A stretch of 64,000 nucleotides of DNA from positions 6,000 to 69,999 of the forward strand of contig LBSX01000002.1 of the NCBI GenBank assembly GCA_000990355.1, read 5' to 3'. Within the stretch, counting starts at the first letter, position 1, and the number at the start of each line of letters is the position of its first letter. The notes below the pieces were generated by a model. It saw only the letters and a list, made by a program, of their open reading frames with translations. It did not search any database and was not told the DNA's origin. The translations under genes were made by a program, and so were the position numbers. Source of the DNA: Candidatus Magasanikbacteria bacterium GW2011_GWC2_37_14. Lineage in GTDB: Bacteria; Patescibacteriota; Patescibacteriia; Magasanikbacterales; UBA922. This document shows positions 16,698 through 24,842 of this stretch, in pieces.

Positions 16698-18512
16698 ATG
16701 CAGATTAGAAATATTGCCATTATTGCCCACGTAGACCACGGTAAAACCAAATTAACCGATGGTTTGTTGCGTTTTACTGGCATGGTTACGGACGAAAGTG
16801 TAAGTATGGATTCTAATGCTTTGGAGCAAGAACGTGGCATTACAATTTATTCCAAAAATACTTCTGTTTTTTATAAAGGAACAAAAATTAATATTGTGGA
16901 CACTCCTGGTCACGCTGATTTTGGCTCCGAAGTAGAACGTGTACTTCGTTCCATTGATTCAGTATTATTGGTTGTTGATGCACAAGAAGGTCCGATGCCT
17001 CAAACAAAATTTGTCTTAAAAAAATCATTAGATTTGGGTTTAAAGCCGATTGTGGTGATTAACAAAATAGATAAAGCCGCCGCTCGACCCGAATGGACTC
17101 ATGATAAGGTTTTGGAATTATTTATGGATTTGGGTGCCAATGATGCACAATTAAATTTTACTACTGTTTATGCCATTGCAAAAAATGGCATTGCCAAAAG
17201 AAATTTAGCCGATGAAAGTAATGATTTAGCACCTTTACTTGATACAATTTTAGAAGTTGTTGAACCAGCCAAGGTAGACACCACATTGCCATTTACTTTT
17301 CAACCTTTTAATTTGGCTTATGATAATTACTTGGGTCGTTTAGGTATTGGCCGTATTTATCAAGGCACTTTAAAAGCTAATGACCGAGTGTTTGATAAAA
17401 AAGTTGACGGTGAAATAATTTCTGGTAGTGTAAATAAAATTTTTACTTTTGAAGGCATGGCTCGCAAAGAGGTAAGTGAAGTGATTGCTGGCGACATTGT
17501 CATGGTTGCCGGTCTTCCCGAAATTTATATTGGTGATACTGTTTGTGCCAACAAAGATCAAGAAACTTTACCAGCGATTAGTGTAGATGAACCAACCATT
17601 TGTCTTAATTTTTTGGTAAATAATTCTCCTTTTGCCGGACGTGAAGGTAAATATGTAACCAGTCGCCAAATTAAAGAACGTTTGGAAAAAGAATTAGAGG
17701 TAAATGTAGGTTTAAAAATTGATTTTTCGGCTACTGACTACTATAAAGTTTATGGTCGTGGTGAATTGCATATTGCAATTTTATTAGAAAATATGCGCCG
17801 CGAAGGTTTTGAAGTACAAGTTTCGCAACCACAGGTAATTATTAAGGAAATTCCTTCGGCAAGCTCAGGACAAGTAATTAAATGTGAACCTTTTGAAGAA
17901 ATTACCGTAGATATTCCCGATAATTGTGTGGGTGGAGTAATTGAAAAATTATCCAAACGTAAAGCGGTAATGACAGAAATGCGTCCTGAAGGTAATCATA
18001 CTCGTTTACTCTTTATTATTCCTACTCGCGGACTCTTGGGTTATCGCAATGAATTTATTGTGGATACTCGTGGTGAAGGAATTTTATGTAGTGAAATGAT
18101 TGGATTTCAACCCTATGTTGGTGAAATAGAAAAACGCGATGTAGGTTCCATGATTTCTGGTGAAACTGGTAAAGTGTTGGCTTATTCATTGGCCAATTTA
18201 CAAGATCGCGGTGTATTGTATGTAGCACCAAATGTAGATGTTTATACTGGACAAGTAATTGGCAATACTGCCAAGGGTCAAGATATGACCGTTAACCCTA
18301 TTAAAGGTAAGCATCTCACCAATATGCGTTCTTCCAATTCAGATATGGCAGTGCAATTAACTCCGCCAATGGATTTATCACTAGAAAGAGCCATGGAAGT
18401 AATGGCTGAAGATGAATTTTTGGAAATTACTCCCAAAAGTATTCGCTTGCGTAAACAATTTTTAACCGAAAATGATCGGATTCGGCAAGAAAGAAAAGAA
18501 GCTAAAGAATAA
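16698..18512 (+). CDS. typA: translational GTPase TypA/BipA
   Basis: [13 protein letters not shown] and NKID G-motifs, full-length collinear architecture. Carries a short PSASSGQV insert. Confidence 0.95.
   Translation: MQIRNIAIIAHVDHGKTKLTDGLLRFTGMVTDESVSMDSNALEQERGITIYSKNTSVFYKGTKINIVDTPGHADFGSEVERVLRSIDSVLLVVDAQEGPMPQTKFVLKKSLDLGLKPIVVINKIDKAAARPEWTHDKVLELFMDLGANDAQLNFTTVYAIAKNGIAKRNLADESNDLAPLLDTILEVVEPAKVDTTLPFTFQPFNLAYDNYLGRLGIGRIYQGTLKANDRVFDKKVDGEIISGSVNKIFTFEGMARKEVSEVIAGDIVMVAGLPEIYIGDTVCANKDQETLPAISVDEPTICLNFLVNNSPFAGREGKYVTSRQIKERLEKELEVNVGLKIDFSATDYYKVYGRGELHIAILLENMRREGFEVQVSQPQVIIKEIPSASSGQVIKCEPFEEITVDIPDNCVGGVIEKLSKRKAVMTEMRPEGNHTRLLFIIPTRGLLGYRNEFIVDTRGEGILCSEMIGFQPYVGEIEKRDVGSMISGETGKVLAYSLANLQDRGVLYVAPNVDVYTGQVIGNTAKGQDMTVNPIKGKHLTNMRSSNSDMAVQLTPPMDLSLERAMEVMAEDEFLEITPKSIRLRKQFLTENDRIRQERKEAKE
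17853..17875. repeat. 23-nt GC-rich element CCTTCGGCAAGCTCAGGACAAGT inside typA
   Basis: 22/23 identical to 20169-20191 in nifS. Encodes PSASSGQ. Confidence 0.75.
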
Positions 18513-18539
18513 ATCGCCAAAACTGGCGATTTTTTTTTA
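18513..18539 (+). terminator. rho-independent terminator after typA
   Basis: ATCGCCA-aaac-TGGCGAT followed by T9. Confidence 0.85.
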
Positions 18540-18578
18540 TTTATGCTAAACTGTGCTAGTTATAACTAAATTTATTTT

Positions 18579-19163
18579 ATGTCAAAAGAAATCGTTTTGG
18601 ATATTGAAACCATTGGCGATATTCGTGATTTTAATAGTTTAAAAGTTACTGTTGTTTCTATTTATGAATATGAAACCGATAAATATACTAGTTTTGTAGA
18701 ATCTGAATTAGGAAATTTGTGGCCAATTTTGGAAAAAAGCGAACGGATAATTGGTTACAATAGTGAACATTTTGATTTGCCAATATTAAATAAATATTAT
18801 GCTGGGGATCTTTTAAAATTTCCCCAATTAGATATATTAAAAGTAATCAAAGAAACTAGTGGTTCACGTTTTAAATTAAATGATATTGCTAAAGCTACCT
18901 TGCAAATCGAAAAAAGTGCCGATGGTTTACAAGCCATGAAATGGTGGGAAGAGGGGAAAGTGGATGAAATCAAAAAATATTGTGAGCAAGATGTAAAAGT
19001 TACCAAAGAGATTTATGAATATGGTCGCAAAAATAAAATGTTGTATTTCTTTACTCTCACCGGCGACCTTACACCAATTGCGGTGAATTTTGAGCCAATA
19101 CCACAATCCACAACAAAAAATGGTAGTACCGTCTCCAATATCAATTTAACCCTGCCCTTGTAG
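18579..19163 (+). CDS. DEDDy-type 3'-5' exonuclease / RNase H-like domain protein
   Basis: LDIET (ExoI), GYNSEHFDLPIL (ExoII), YCEQDVKVT (ExoIII, YxxxD). Confidence 0.65.
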   Translation: MSKEIVLDIETIGDIRDFNSLKVTVVSIYEYETDKYTSFVESELGNLWPILEKSERIIGYNSEHFDLPILNKYYAGDLLKFPQLDILKVIKETSGSRFKLNDIAKATLQIEKSADGLQAMKWWEEGKVDEIKKYCEQDVKVTKEIYEYGRKNKMLYFFTLTGDLTPIAVNFEPIPQSTTKNGSTVSNINLTLPL

Positions 19164-19193
19164 TTGACATCTCATACTTAGATAGTATATAAT
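19164..19193 (+). promoter_or_regulatory. promoter TTGACA-N18-TATAAT with embedded palindrome ATACT-TAGAT-AGTAT (19174-19188)
   Basis: Seen directly in sequence. The palindrome overlaps the -10 and is a plausible operator for the downstream Rrf2 regulator. Confidence 0.6.
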
Positions 19194-19219
19194 GAATTTA
19201 CTTTTATATACTTATTTAT

Positions 19220-19630
19220 ATGTTACAATTCAACAAAGAAGTAGACTATGCTTTGCAACTGCTTTTGGCATTAAAAAGTTTACCCGAAGGCCAGCTTTTG
19301 AGTTTAAGAAATTTTTCTAAAGGTAGTAAAATTTCTTTTTTATTTTTACAGCGTATCGCCTTTAAATTAAAAAATTCAGGAATTGTTAAGTCCGTAAAGG
19401 GGGCGCAAGGGGGTTATTATTTAGCCCAAAAACCACAAAAAATTACTTTTAAGAATGTGGTTGATTCTTTGGAAGGGGAATGTGTGGTAGCCAATTGTTT
19501 GCGAGCAGGTTTTTGTTGTGAAAAACAAAAGACTTGCAAGGTGCACGATGTTTTTTTCAATATCAACACCAAAATTTTGGAATATTTAAGTGCTATAAAT
19601 CTAGGTACAATTGCTAATTATGACAAATAA
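19220..19630 (+). CDS. Rrf2-family transcriptional regulator (IscR/CymR-like)
   Basis: N-terminal wHTH (DYALQLLLAL...) and a Cys cluster CVVANCLRAGFCCEKQKTC. First gene of the Fe-S operon. Confidence 0.8.
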   Translation: MLQFNKEVDYALQLLLALKSLPEGQLLSLRNFSKGSKISFLFLQRIAFKLKNSGIVKSVKGAQGGYYLAQKPQKITFKNVVDSLEGECVVANCLRAGFCCEKQKTCKVHDVFFNINTKILEYLSAINLGTIANYDK

Positions 19631-20927
19631 TTTACCTAAAAAACCAAAAACAAAAAAATTAGTATATTTGGATCATGCCGCTACTACATATGTAAGTCAA
19701 GAGGTAGAAAAAGCCACAAAGCCTTTTATAACCAAGATTTTTGGGAACCCCAGTAGTTTGTATGAACTAGGTAGAATTGCTAATGGTGAATTAAATGATT
19801 GCCGACGTAAAGTGGCGGAGATTTTACACGCCCTGCCTGACAATATTATTTTTACGGGTGGTGGTAGTGAATCAGATAACTTGGCTATTTTTGGTGTTTG
19901 TAGAAAAATTGGTAAAGGTCATATTATTGCTACCAGGATAGAACATCACGCAGTGCTTTATCCTTGCCAACAATTAGAAAAAGAAGGTTTTACTGTTACT
20001 TACCTAGAACCAGATTCACAAGGTTTTATTTCACCCAAAAAAGTTTTAGCGGCAATTAAACCAGACACAATTTTGATTTCTATAATGTATGCTAATAATG
20101 AAATTGGTACTGTAGAACCAATTGCTGATATTGGTCGCGAGATTTTAAAATATCGTAAAGCCAACAATCCTTCGGCAGGCTCAGGACAAGTTCAGTATCC
20201 TATTTTTCATACCGATGCTTGCCAAGCCGGTGGAGTGCTGGAATTAGATGTAGAAAAATTACATGTGGACCTAATGACACTTAATGGTAGTAAAATTTAT
20301 GGACCAAAAGGTGTGGGTTTGCTTTACAAACGTCGTGGAGTAAATATTCAACCACTTATTTTTGGTGGTGGTCAAGAAATGAATTTGCGTAGTGGTACTG
20401 AAAATTTAGCTGGCATTGTAGGTTTTACCAAAGCTTTGGAAATTGCTCAAGAAAATCGTCACGAAGAAAATATGCGTTTAGTAGATTTGCGCAATTATTT
20501 TTTTGATCAAATACAAAAGAATATTAAAAATATTAGACTCAATGGTCCCCAACTTCACTCTGATAAAAATCAGAGTTACACTGGGCAAGCTGGTTCTGAA
20601 GTTCTAAACAGATTACCTAACAATCTAAATATTACATTTATTGATGTAGAAGGTGAGGCAATGCTTCTTTATTTAGATGCTTACGGAATTTGTTGTTCTA
20701 CTGGTTCGGCTTGTACTTCAATGTCATTAGAACCTTCACATGTTCTTACCGCTTTAGGTTTGCCCTATGAATACGCTCATGGTAGTTTAAGATTTACTTT
20801 GGGTTATTGTAATACAAAACAAGATATTGATTATGTAATGAGATACTTACCAGCAATTGTAGAAAAATTACGGGAAATGAGTCCGGTGCAGATGGGGAAA
20901 GTTCAACATGCCAAATATAAAAAATGA
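19620..20927 (+). CDS. nifS: cysteine desulfurase (NifS/IscS class)
   Basis: YLDHAATT, HTDACQA, SGTEN and the SACTS active-site Cys loop. ATG at 19620; the track start 19611 is TTG. Confidence 0.9.
   Translation: MTNNLPKKPKTKKLVYLDHAATTYVSQEVEKATKPFITKIFGNPSSLYELGRIANGELNDCRRKVAEILHALPDNIIFTGGGSESDNLAIFGVCRKIGKGHIIATRIEHHAVLYPCQQLEKEGFTVTYLEPDSQGFISPKKVLAAIKPDTILISIMYANNEIGTVEPIADIGREILKYRKANNPSAGSGQVQYPIFHTDACQAGGVLELDVEKLHVDLMTLNGSKIYGPKGVGLLYKRRGVNIQPLIFGGGQEMNLRSGTENLAGIVGFTKALEIAQENRHEENMRLVDLRNYFFDQIQKNIKNIRLNGPQLHSDKNQSYTGQAGSEVLNRLPNNLNITFIDVEGEAMLLYLDAYGICCSTGSACTSMSLEPSHVLTALGLPYEYAHGSLRFTLGYCNTKQDIDYVMRYLPAIVEKLREMSPVQMGKVQHAKYKK
20169..20191. repeat. 23-nt GC-rich element CCTTCGGCAGGCTCAGGACAAGT inside nifS
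   Basis: Near-identical to the typA copy. Encodes PSAGSGQ. Confidence 0.75.
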
Positions 20928-21024
20928 CAAATTACTAATATCTAATACCTAATGAAATGACAAATTTTAAAATTTAACATTAAGAATTTCATTAGAAATT
21001 AGTAATTAGACATTAGAAATTATT
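20928..21024. repeat. AT-rich long imperfect palindrome (nifS-nifU spacer)
   Basis: Left arm AATTACTAATATCTAAT... is mirrored by ...ATTAGAAATTAGTAATT. Same style as 24136-24262 and 31060-31181. Confidence 0.55.
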
Positions 21025-21705
21025 ATGCTTAATAAATCAATCAAAAAAGAAAATTTGGAAAACCCAGTTGACATAAGAAACACTGACGGTTCTGGTTGGT
21101 TGTATTCTGATATTGTAAAAGACCATTTTTTCAACCCGCGCAATTTTATGCAATATGGTGAGGAAGAAAAGTTTAAGTTTAATGGTCTGGGCCGAGTTGG
21201 TTCACCAGCTTGTGGTGATGAAATGGTGTTGTGGATTTTGGTAGATGAAAAAAGTGAAAAAATTATTGATTGCCGTTGGCGTACTTTTGGTTGTGGTTCA
21301 GCGATTGCTTCTACTAGTGTTTTAAGCGAAATGATTATTGAAAATGACGGAATGAAACTAGAGGAGGCTTTGAAAATCAAGCCTCAAGACATTTTAGAGC
21401 GTTTAGGTGGTTTGCCAGCGAGAAAGGTACATTGTTCGGTTTTGGGGGATAAGGCCCTTCAAGAGGCAATTAATGACTATTTTAGGCAAACTGGACAACA
21501 CAATCGCATAATTACAGCGGGTAAAAAGGTTATTGACAAAGTTTTAAATATTACGGATAATGACATTGAAGAAGCAGTTTTGGAAGGGGCACGGACTTTG
21601 GAAGATTTACAAAAAAAATTAAAAGTTGGTGTTGGTGATCCAGAAGCCATTCCTCAAATTGAAGAATTATTAAAATTTTATTTTGAAAAATATTATGAAG
21701 TGTAA
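21025..21705 (+). CDS. nifU: NifU/IscU-type Fe-S cluster scaffold protein
   Basis: GSPACGDEM, FGCGSAIAS and HCSVL supply the three scaffold cysteines. Confidence 0.85.
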   Translation: MLNKSIKKENLENPVDIRNTDGSGWLYSDIVKDHFFNPRNFMQYGEEEKFKFNGLGRVGSPACGDEMVLWILVDEKSEKIIDCRWRTFGCGSAIASTSVLSEMIIENDGMKLEEALKIKPQDILERLGGLPARKVHCSVLGDKALQEAINDYFRQTGQHNRIITAGKKVIDKVLNITDNDIEEAVLEGARTLEDLQKKLKVGVGDPEAIPQIEELLKFYFEKYYEV

Positions 21706-21880
21706 AGTAGACAAAGACCTGTGTATTGGCTGTGCCACTTGTACAATTTTGGCTGCCAATAGTTTTAAAATGAATGACGACAACAAAGCTGTGGAAATTA
21801 ATCCTCCAGGTGATGACGCCGAAGCTTTAAAAGATGCCAAAGATAATTGTCCGGTTGCTGCCATTACTATAGAAGAATAA
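21695..21880 (+). CDS. small [4Fe-4S]-type ferredoxin
   Basis: CIGCATC...C(P) cluster pattern. The ATG at 21695 overlaps the nifU end. Confidence 0.7.
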   Translation: MKCKVDKDLCIGCATCTILAANSFKMNDDNKAVEINPPGDDAEALKDAKDNCPVAAITIEE

Positions 21881-21885
21881 ACAAC

Positions 21886-21917
21886 AAAAACAGCTTGCAA
21901 AAAAGCTGTTTTTTTGT
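21886..21917 (+). terminator. rho-independent terminator of the Fe-S operon
   Basis: AAAAACAGCTT / AAGCTGTTTTT stem plus T-run. Confidence 0.8.
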
Positions 21918-21929
21918 TAAGCTTATTAT

Positions 21930-22649
21930 ATGGAAAATATTGGAAAACTTTATATTGTTGCCACCCCAATTGGCAATTTAGGCGACATTACTTTACGCGC
22001 TTTGGAAACATTAAAAAGTGTTGATTTTGTTTTGTGTGAAGATACCAGAGTTACCCAAAATTTACTAAATCATTTTGCTATTAAAACAAAAAGTATTTCC
22101 TACCACCAACATAGCGGTGTAGAAAAAATAAGTGAAATTATTAAATTATTAGAGACCGGTAAAAATTTAGCTCTTGTAACCGATGCTGGCACTCCCGGTA
22201 TCTCTGATCCTGGGAATTATTTGATAGCTGAAATTGTCAAAAAATGTCATGCTGAATTTATTTCAGCATCTCAGGGGATCCTGAAACCAGTTCAGGATGA
22301 CAGTATTGTACCAATCCCAGGTGCTTCGGCAGTCATTACTGCTTTATCAATTTCTGGTTTTTCAACAGATAAATTTTTATTTCTGGGTTTTCCGCCACAT
22401 AAAAAGGGTCGCAAGACGTTTTTTGAAGAATTAGCAAAAGTAGAACACACAGTTTGTTTTTATGAATCAAATCATCGAATTAAAAAATGTTTAGGAGAAT
22501 TAGCCGACGTTTTGGAAGAAGATAGACAAATGTGCGTGTGCCGTGAATTAACAAAAAAATTTGAAACTATTTATCGTGGAACAATAAAAGAAATATTAAC
22601 AAAAAATATTTCCGAAAAAGGCGAATTTGTAATAGTAATTAGTAATTAA
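21930..22649 (+). CDS. rsmI: 16S rRNA (cytidine1402-2'-O)-methyltransferase RsmI
   Basis: LYIVATPIGNLGDITLRALETL...CEDTR...DAGTPGISDPG. Contains a hairpin-element insert. Confidence 0.9.
   Translation: MENIGKLYIVATPIGNLGDITLRALETLKSVDFVLCEDTRVTQNLLNHFAIKTKSISYHQHSGVEKISEIIKLLETGKNLALVTDAGTPGISDPGNYLIAEIVKKCHAEFISASQGILKPVQDDSIVPIPGASAVITALSISGFSTDKFLFLGFPPHKKGRKTFFEELAKVEHTVCFYESNHRIKKCLGELADVLEEDRQMCVCRELTKKFETIYRGTIKEILTKNISEKGEFVIVISN
22246..22301. repeat. GTCAT...ATGAC double-hairpin element, short form, inside rsmI
   Basis: ATGCTGAA/TTCAGCAT and ATCCTGAA/TTCAGGAT hairpins bracketed by GTCAT/ATGAC. Confidence 0.85.
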
Positions 22650-22650
22650 T

Positions 22651-24135
22651 ATGAAAAATTTTTATTTAACAACTACACTTCCATATGTAAATGCCGAACC
22701 TCACATTGGTTTTGCTTTGGAAATTATTCAAGCTGATGTAATTGCTCGTTATCATAAGTTGCTAGGTGAAGAAGTAATTTTTAATACTGGTACTGATGAG
22801 CATGGTTTAAAAATATATCGTAAAGCAATAGAACTGGGTGTTGAACTACAAAAATATTGCGACGAATATGCTGCCAAGTTCGATGCTTTAAAGCAAGCCT
22901 TAAATTTAAGTTATACTCATTTTATTCGTACTACCGACCCACATCATCTCAAAGCTGCTCAGGAATTTTGGTTACGTTGTGAAAAAAATGGTGATATTTA
23001 TAAAAAGAATTATAAAGTAAAATATTGTGTAGGTTGTGAATTAGAAAAAACTGATTCCGAATTGGTAGACGATAAATGTCCAGTGCATCCAAATTTAAAT
23101 ATTGAATTAATTGAAGAAGAAAATTATTTTTTTAAATTTTCTAAATTTCAAAAGCCATTACTGGAACTTTATAAAAAGAATCCAAAATTTGTTATTCCAG
23201 CCAATCGTCAATTAGAAATAAAAAACTTTGTGGAAAAAGGTTTGGAAGATTTTAGTATTTCTAGATTAAAAGAAAAAATGCCTTGGGGTATTCCAGTGCC
23301 AAATGATGCTGATCATGTAATGTACGTTTGGTTTGATGCTCTTATAAACTATATATCTACATTAGGTTGGCCAGAAGATGAAAATAATTTTAATAATTTT
23401 TGGCCAGGAATTCAAGTAGCCGGAAAAGATAATTTACGCCAACAATCGGCAATGTGGCAAGCAATGCTGTTGTCTGCAGGGTTGCCAACGTCAAAACAGA
23501 TATTTATTCATGGTTTTATTACCTCCGAAGGACAAAAAATGAGTAAGAGTTTCGGTAATGTTGTTGAACCTTATAAAATTGTAGATAAATATGGCACTGA
23601 TGCCACGCGTTATTTCTTGCTTGGTGGTTTGCCTTCATATGAAGATGGTGATTTTTCTATTGAACGTTTTGAAGAATTTTATACTGCTCATCTTGTAAAT
23701 GGAGTAGGGAATTTATCAAGTCGAATTTTGACGATGATTGAAAAATATTCAGAATCAAAAATACCAGCTCAAATAGCAGATAACAAATATCAGTTAACAG
23801 AATTTTGGGCAAGTTATGATAAATTTATTAATGAATATAGATTTGAATCAATTGTTGAATTGGTGAATAGTCTTGTTGGCCAACTTGATGGAATGATTTC
23901 AACAGAAAAACCATGGGAAAAAGCGAAAAAAGGTGAAGATATTTCTGGTTTACTTTATCAACTAGCTGAAGGTTTGCGTCATATTGCTGTAGCACTTTTA
24001 CCAATTATTCCCGAAACTGCAGAAAAGATTTTAAAACAATTAGGCACAGAAGATACTTCGCGCGACTGGGGAAAATTAGAAGAAGGTGGTATAATAAAAA
24101 AAGGCGTGATACTTTTCCCAAGACTGGAAAAATAA
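22651..24135 (+). CDS. metG: methionine--tRNA ligase
   Basis: Class I HIGH-type motif (PHIGF) and KMSKS. CxxC knuckles present. Confidence 0.95.
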   Translation: MKNFYLTTTLPYVNAEPHIGFALEIIQADVIARYHKLLGEEVIFNTGTDEHGLKIYRKAIELGVELQKYCDEYAAKFDALKQALNLSYTHFIRTTDPHHLKAAQEFWLRCEKNGDIYKKNYKVKYCVGCELEKTDSELVDDKCPVHPNLNIELIEEENYFFKFSKFQKPLLELYKKNPKFVIPANRQLEIKNFVEKGLEDFSISRLKEKMPWGIPVPNDADHVMYVWFDALINYISTLGWPEDENNFNNFWPGIQVAGKDNLRQQSAMWQAMLLSAGLPTSKQIFIHGFITSEGQKMSKSFGNVVEPYKIVDKYGTDATRYFLLGGLPSYEDGDFSIERFEEFYTAHLVNGVGNLSSRILTMIEKYSESKIPAQIADNKYQLTEFWASYDKFINEYRFESIVELVNSLVGQLDGMISTEKPWEKAKKGEDISGLLYQLAEGLRHIAVALLPIIPETAEKILKQLGTEDTSRDWGKLEEGGIIKKGVILFPRLEK

Positions 24136-24262
24136 TTTTCATTTTACAATTTACAATTTTCAATAAATTATCAATTTTCAATTACCAATTTGGAAATTGT
24201 TTCATTGAAAATTTATTGTAAATTGATTATTGATAATTGTAAATTTTATTTTTTAATTTTTT
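24136..24262. repeat. AT-rich long imperfect palindrome (metG-cvpA spacer)
   Basis: Shares the 22-mer TTGAAAATTTATTGTAAATTGA (24205-24226) with 31141-31162 and a TTTTCAATAAATT motif with 31091-31103. Confidence 0.6.
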
Positions 24263-24267
24263 ATGTT

Positions 24268-24810
24268 ATGAGTTTATTCGACATAATATTATTAATCATC
24301 ATTGGTGGTTTTACCATGTTTGGTTTTTGGTTTGGTTTGATTCACACTCTTGGTTCACTCTTGGGTACAGTGTTTGGGGCTTATTTGGCTGCCAGATTTT
24401 ATGAACCAATGGCTGGGTGGCTGATGAATATTACCGGTTGGGGTGGTAATATTTCCAAAGTTTTAATGTTTATTATCGCCTTTATAATTATCAACCGTTT
24501 GGTTGGTTTTGCTTTTTGGATTGTGGAAAAAATTACCAATGTTATTACTTATCTACCATTTATTCAAGGAATTAATAGACTTCTTGGCATGATTTTGGGT
24601 TTGGCCGAAGGTTTAATTACTTTGGGTTTAATTTTTTATTTTATTGAACGTTTTCCTCTTTCCGATACTTTTATGCAATGGATGGCTAATTCGGTAGTAG
24701 TACCATACACACTCTCTATTGCCGCTGTTTTAATTCCACTACTCCCTGAAGCCTTAAAAATGCTAAAATCTACAGTGGATTATGTAGAGCATACGCTGAT
24801 TAAATTGTAA
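24268..24810 (+). CDS. CvpA-family membrane protein
   Basis: MSLFDIILLIIIGGFTMFGFWFGLI N-terminus and 4-TM layout typical of CvpA. The track start 24190 is a TTG inside the AT-rich repeat. Confidence 0.7.
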   Translation: MSLFDIILLIIIGGFTMFGFWFGLIHTLGSLLGTVFGAYLAARFYEPMAGWLMNITGWGGNISKVLMFIIAFIIINRLVGFAFWIVEKITNVITYLPFIQGINRLLGMILGLAEGLITLGLIFYFIERFPLSDTFMQWMANSVVVPYTLSIAAVLIPLLPEALKMLKSTVDYVEHTLIKL

Positions 24811-24813
24811 AAC

Positions 24814-24836
24814 AAAGCTCCGTTCGCGGAGCTTTT
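24814..24836 (+). terminator. rho-independent terminator
   Basis: AAGCTCCG-ttcg-CGGAGCTT followed by TTT. Confidence 0.7.
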
Positions 24837-24842
24837 AAAATT

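Noticed and set aside
21006-21969. Antisense ORFs 21006-21380 and 21670-21969
   Set aside because: They lie opposite nifU, ferredoxin and rsmI, all of which have strong motif support. They are typical antisense shadows. The same applies to other track ORFs nested antisense in typA, atpA/atpD, mreB, lysS, gltX, the GH9 gene and the CNNM gene.
22246-22301. Hammerhead or other small self-cleaving ribozyme formed by the three-way junction (outer GTCAT/ATGAC stem plus two hairpins)
   Set aside because: The topology is superficially similar and GAAAC and GUC are present. The invariant CUGAUGA core is absent, and the long-form copies separate the hairpins by about 45 unconserved nt.
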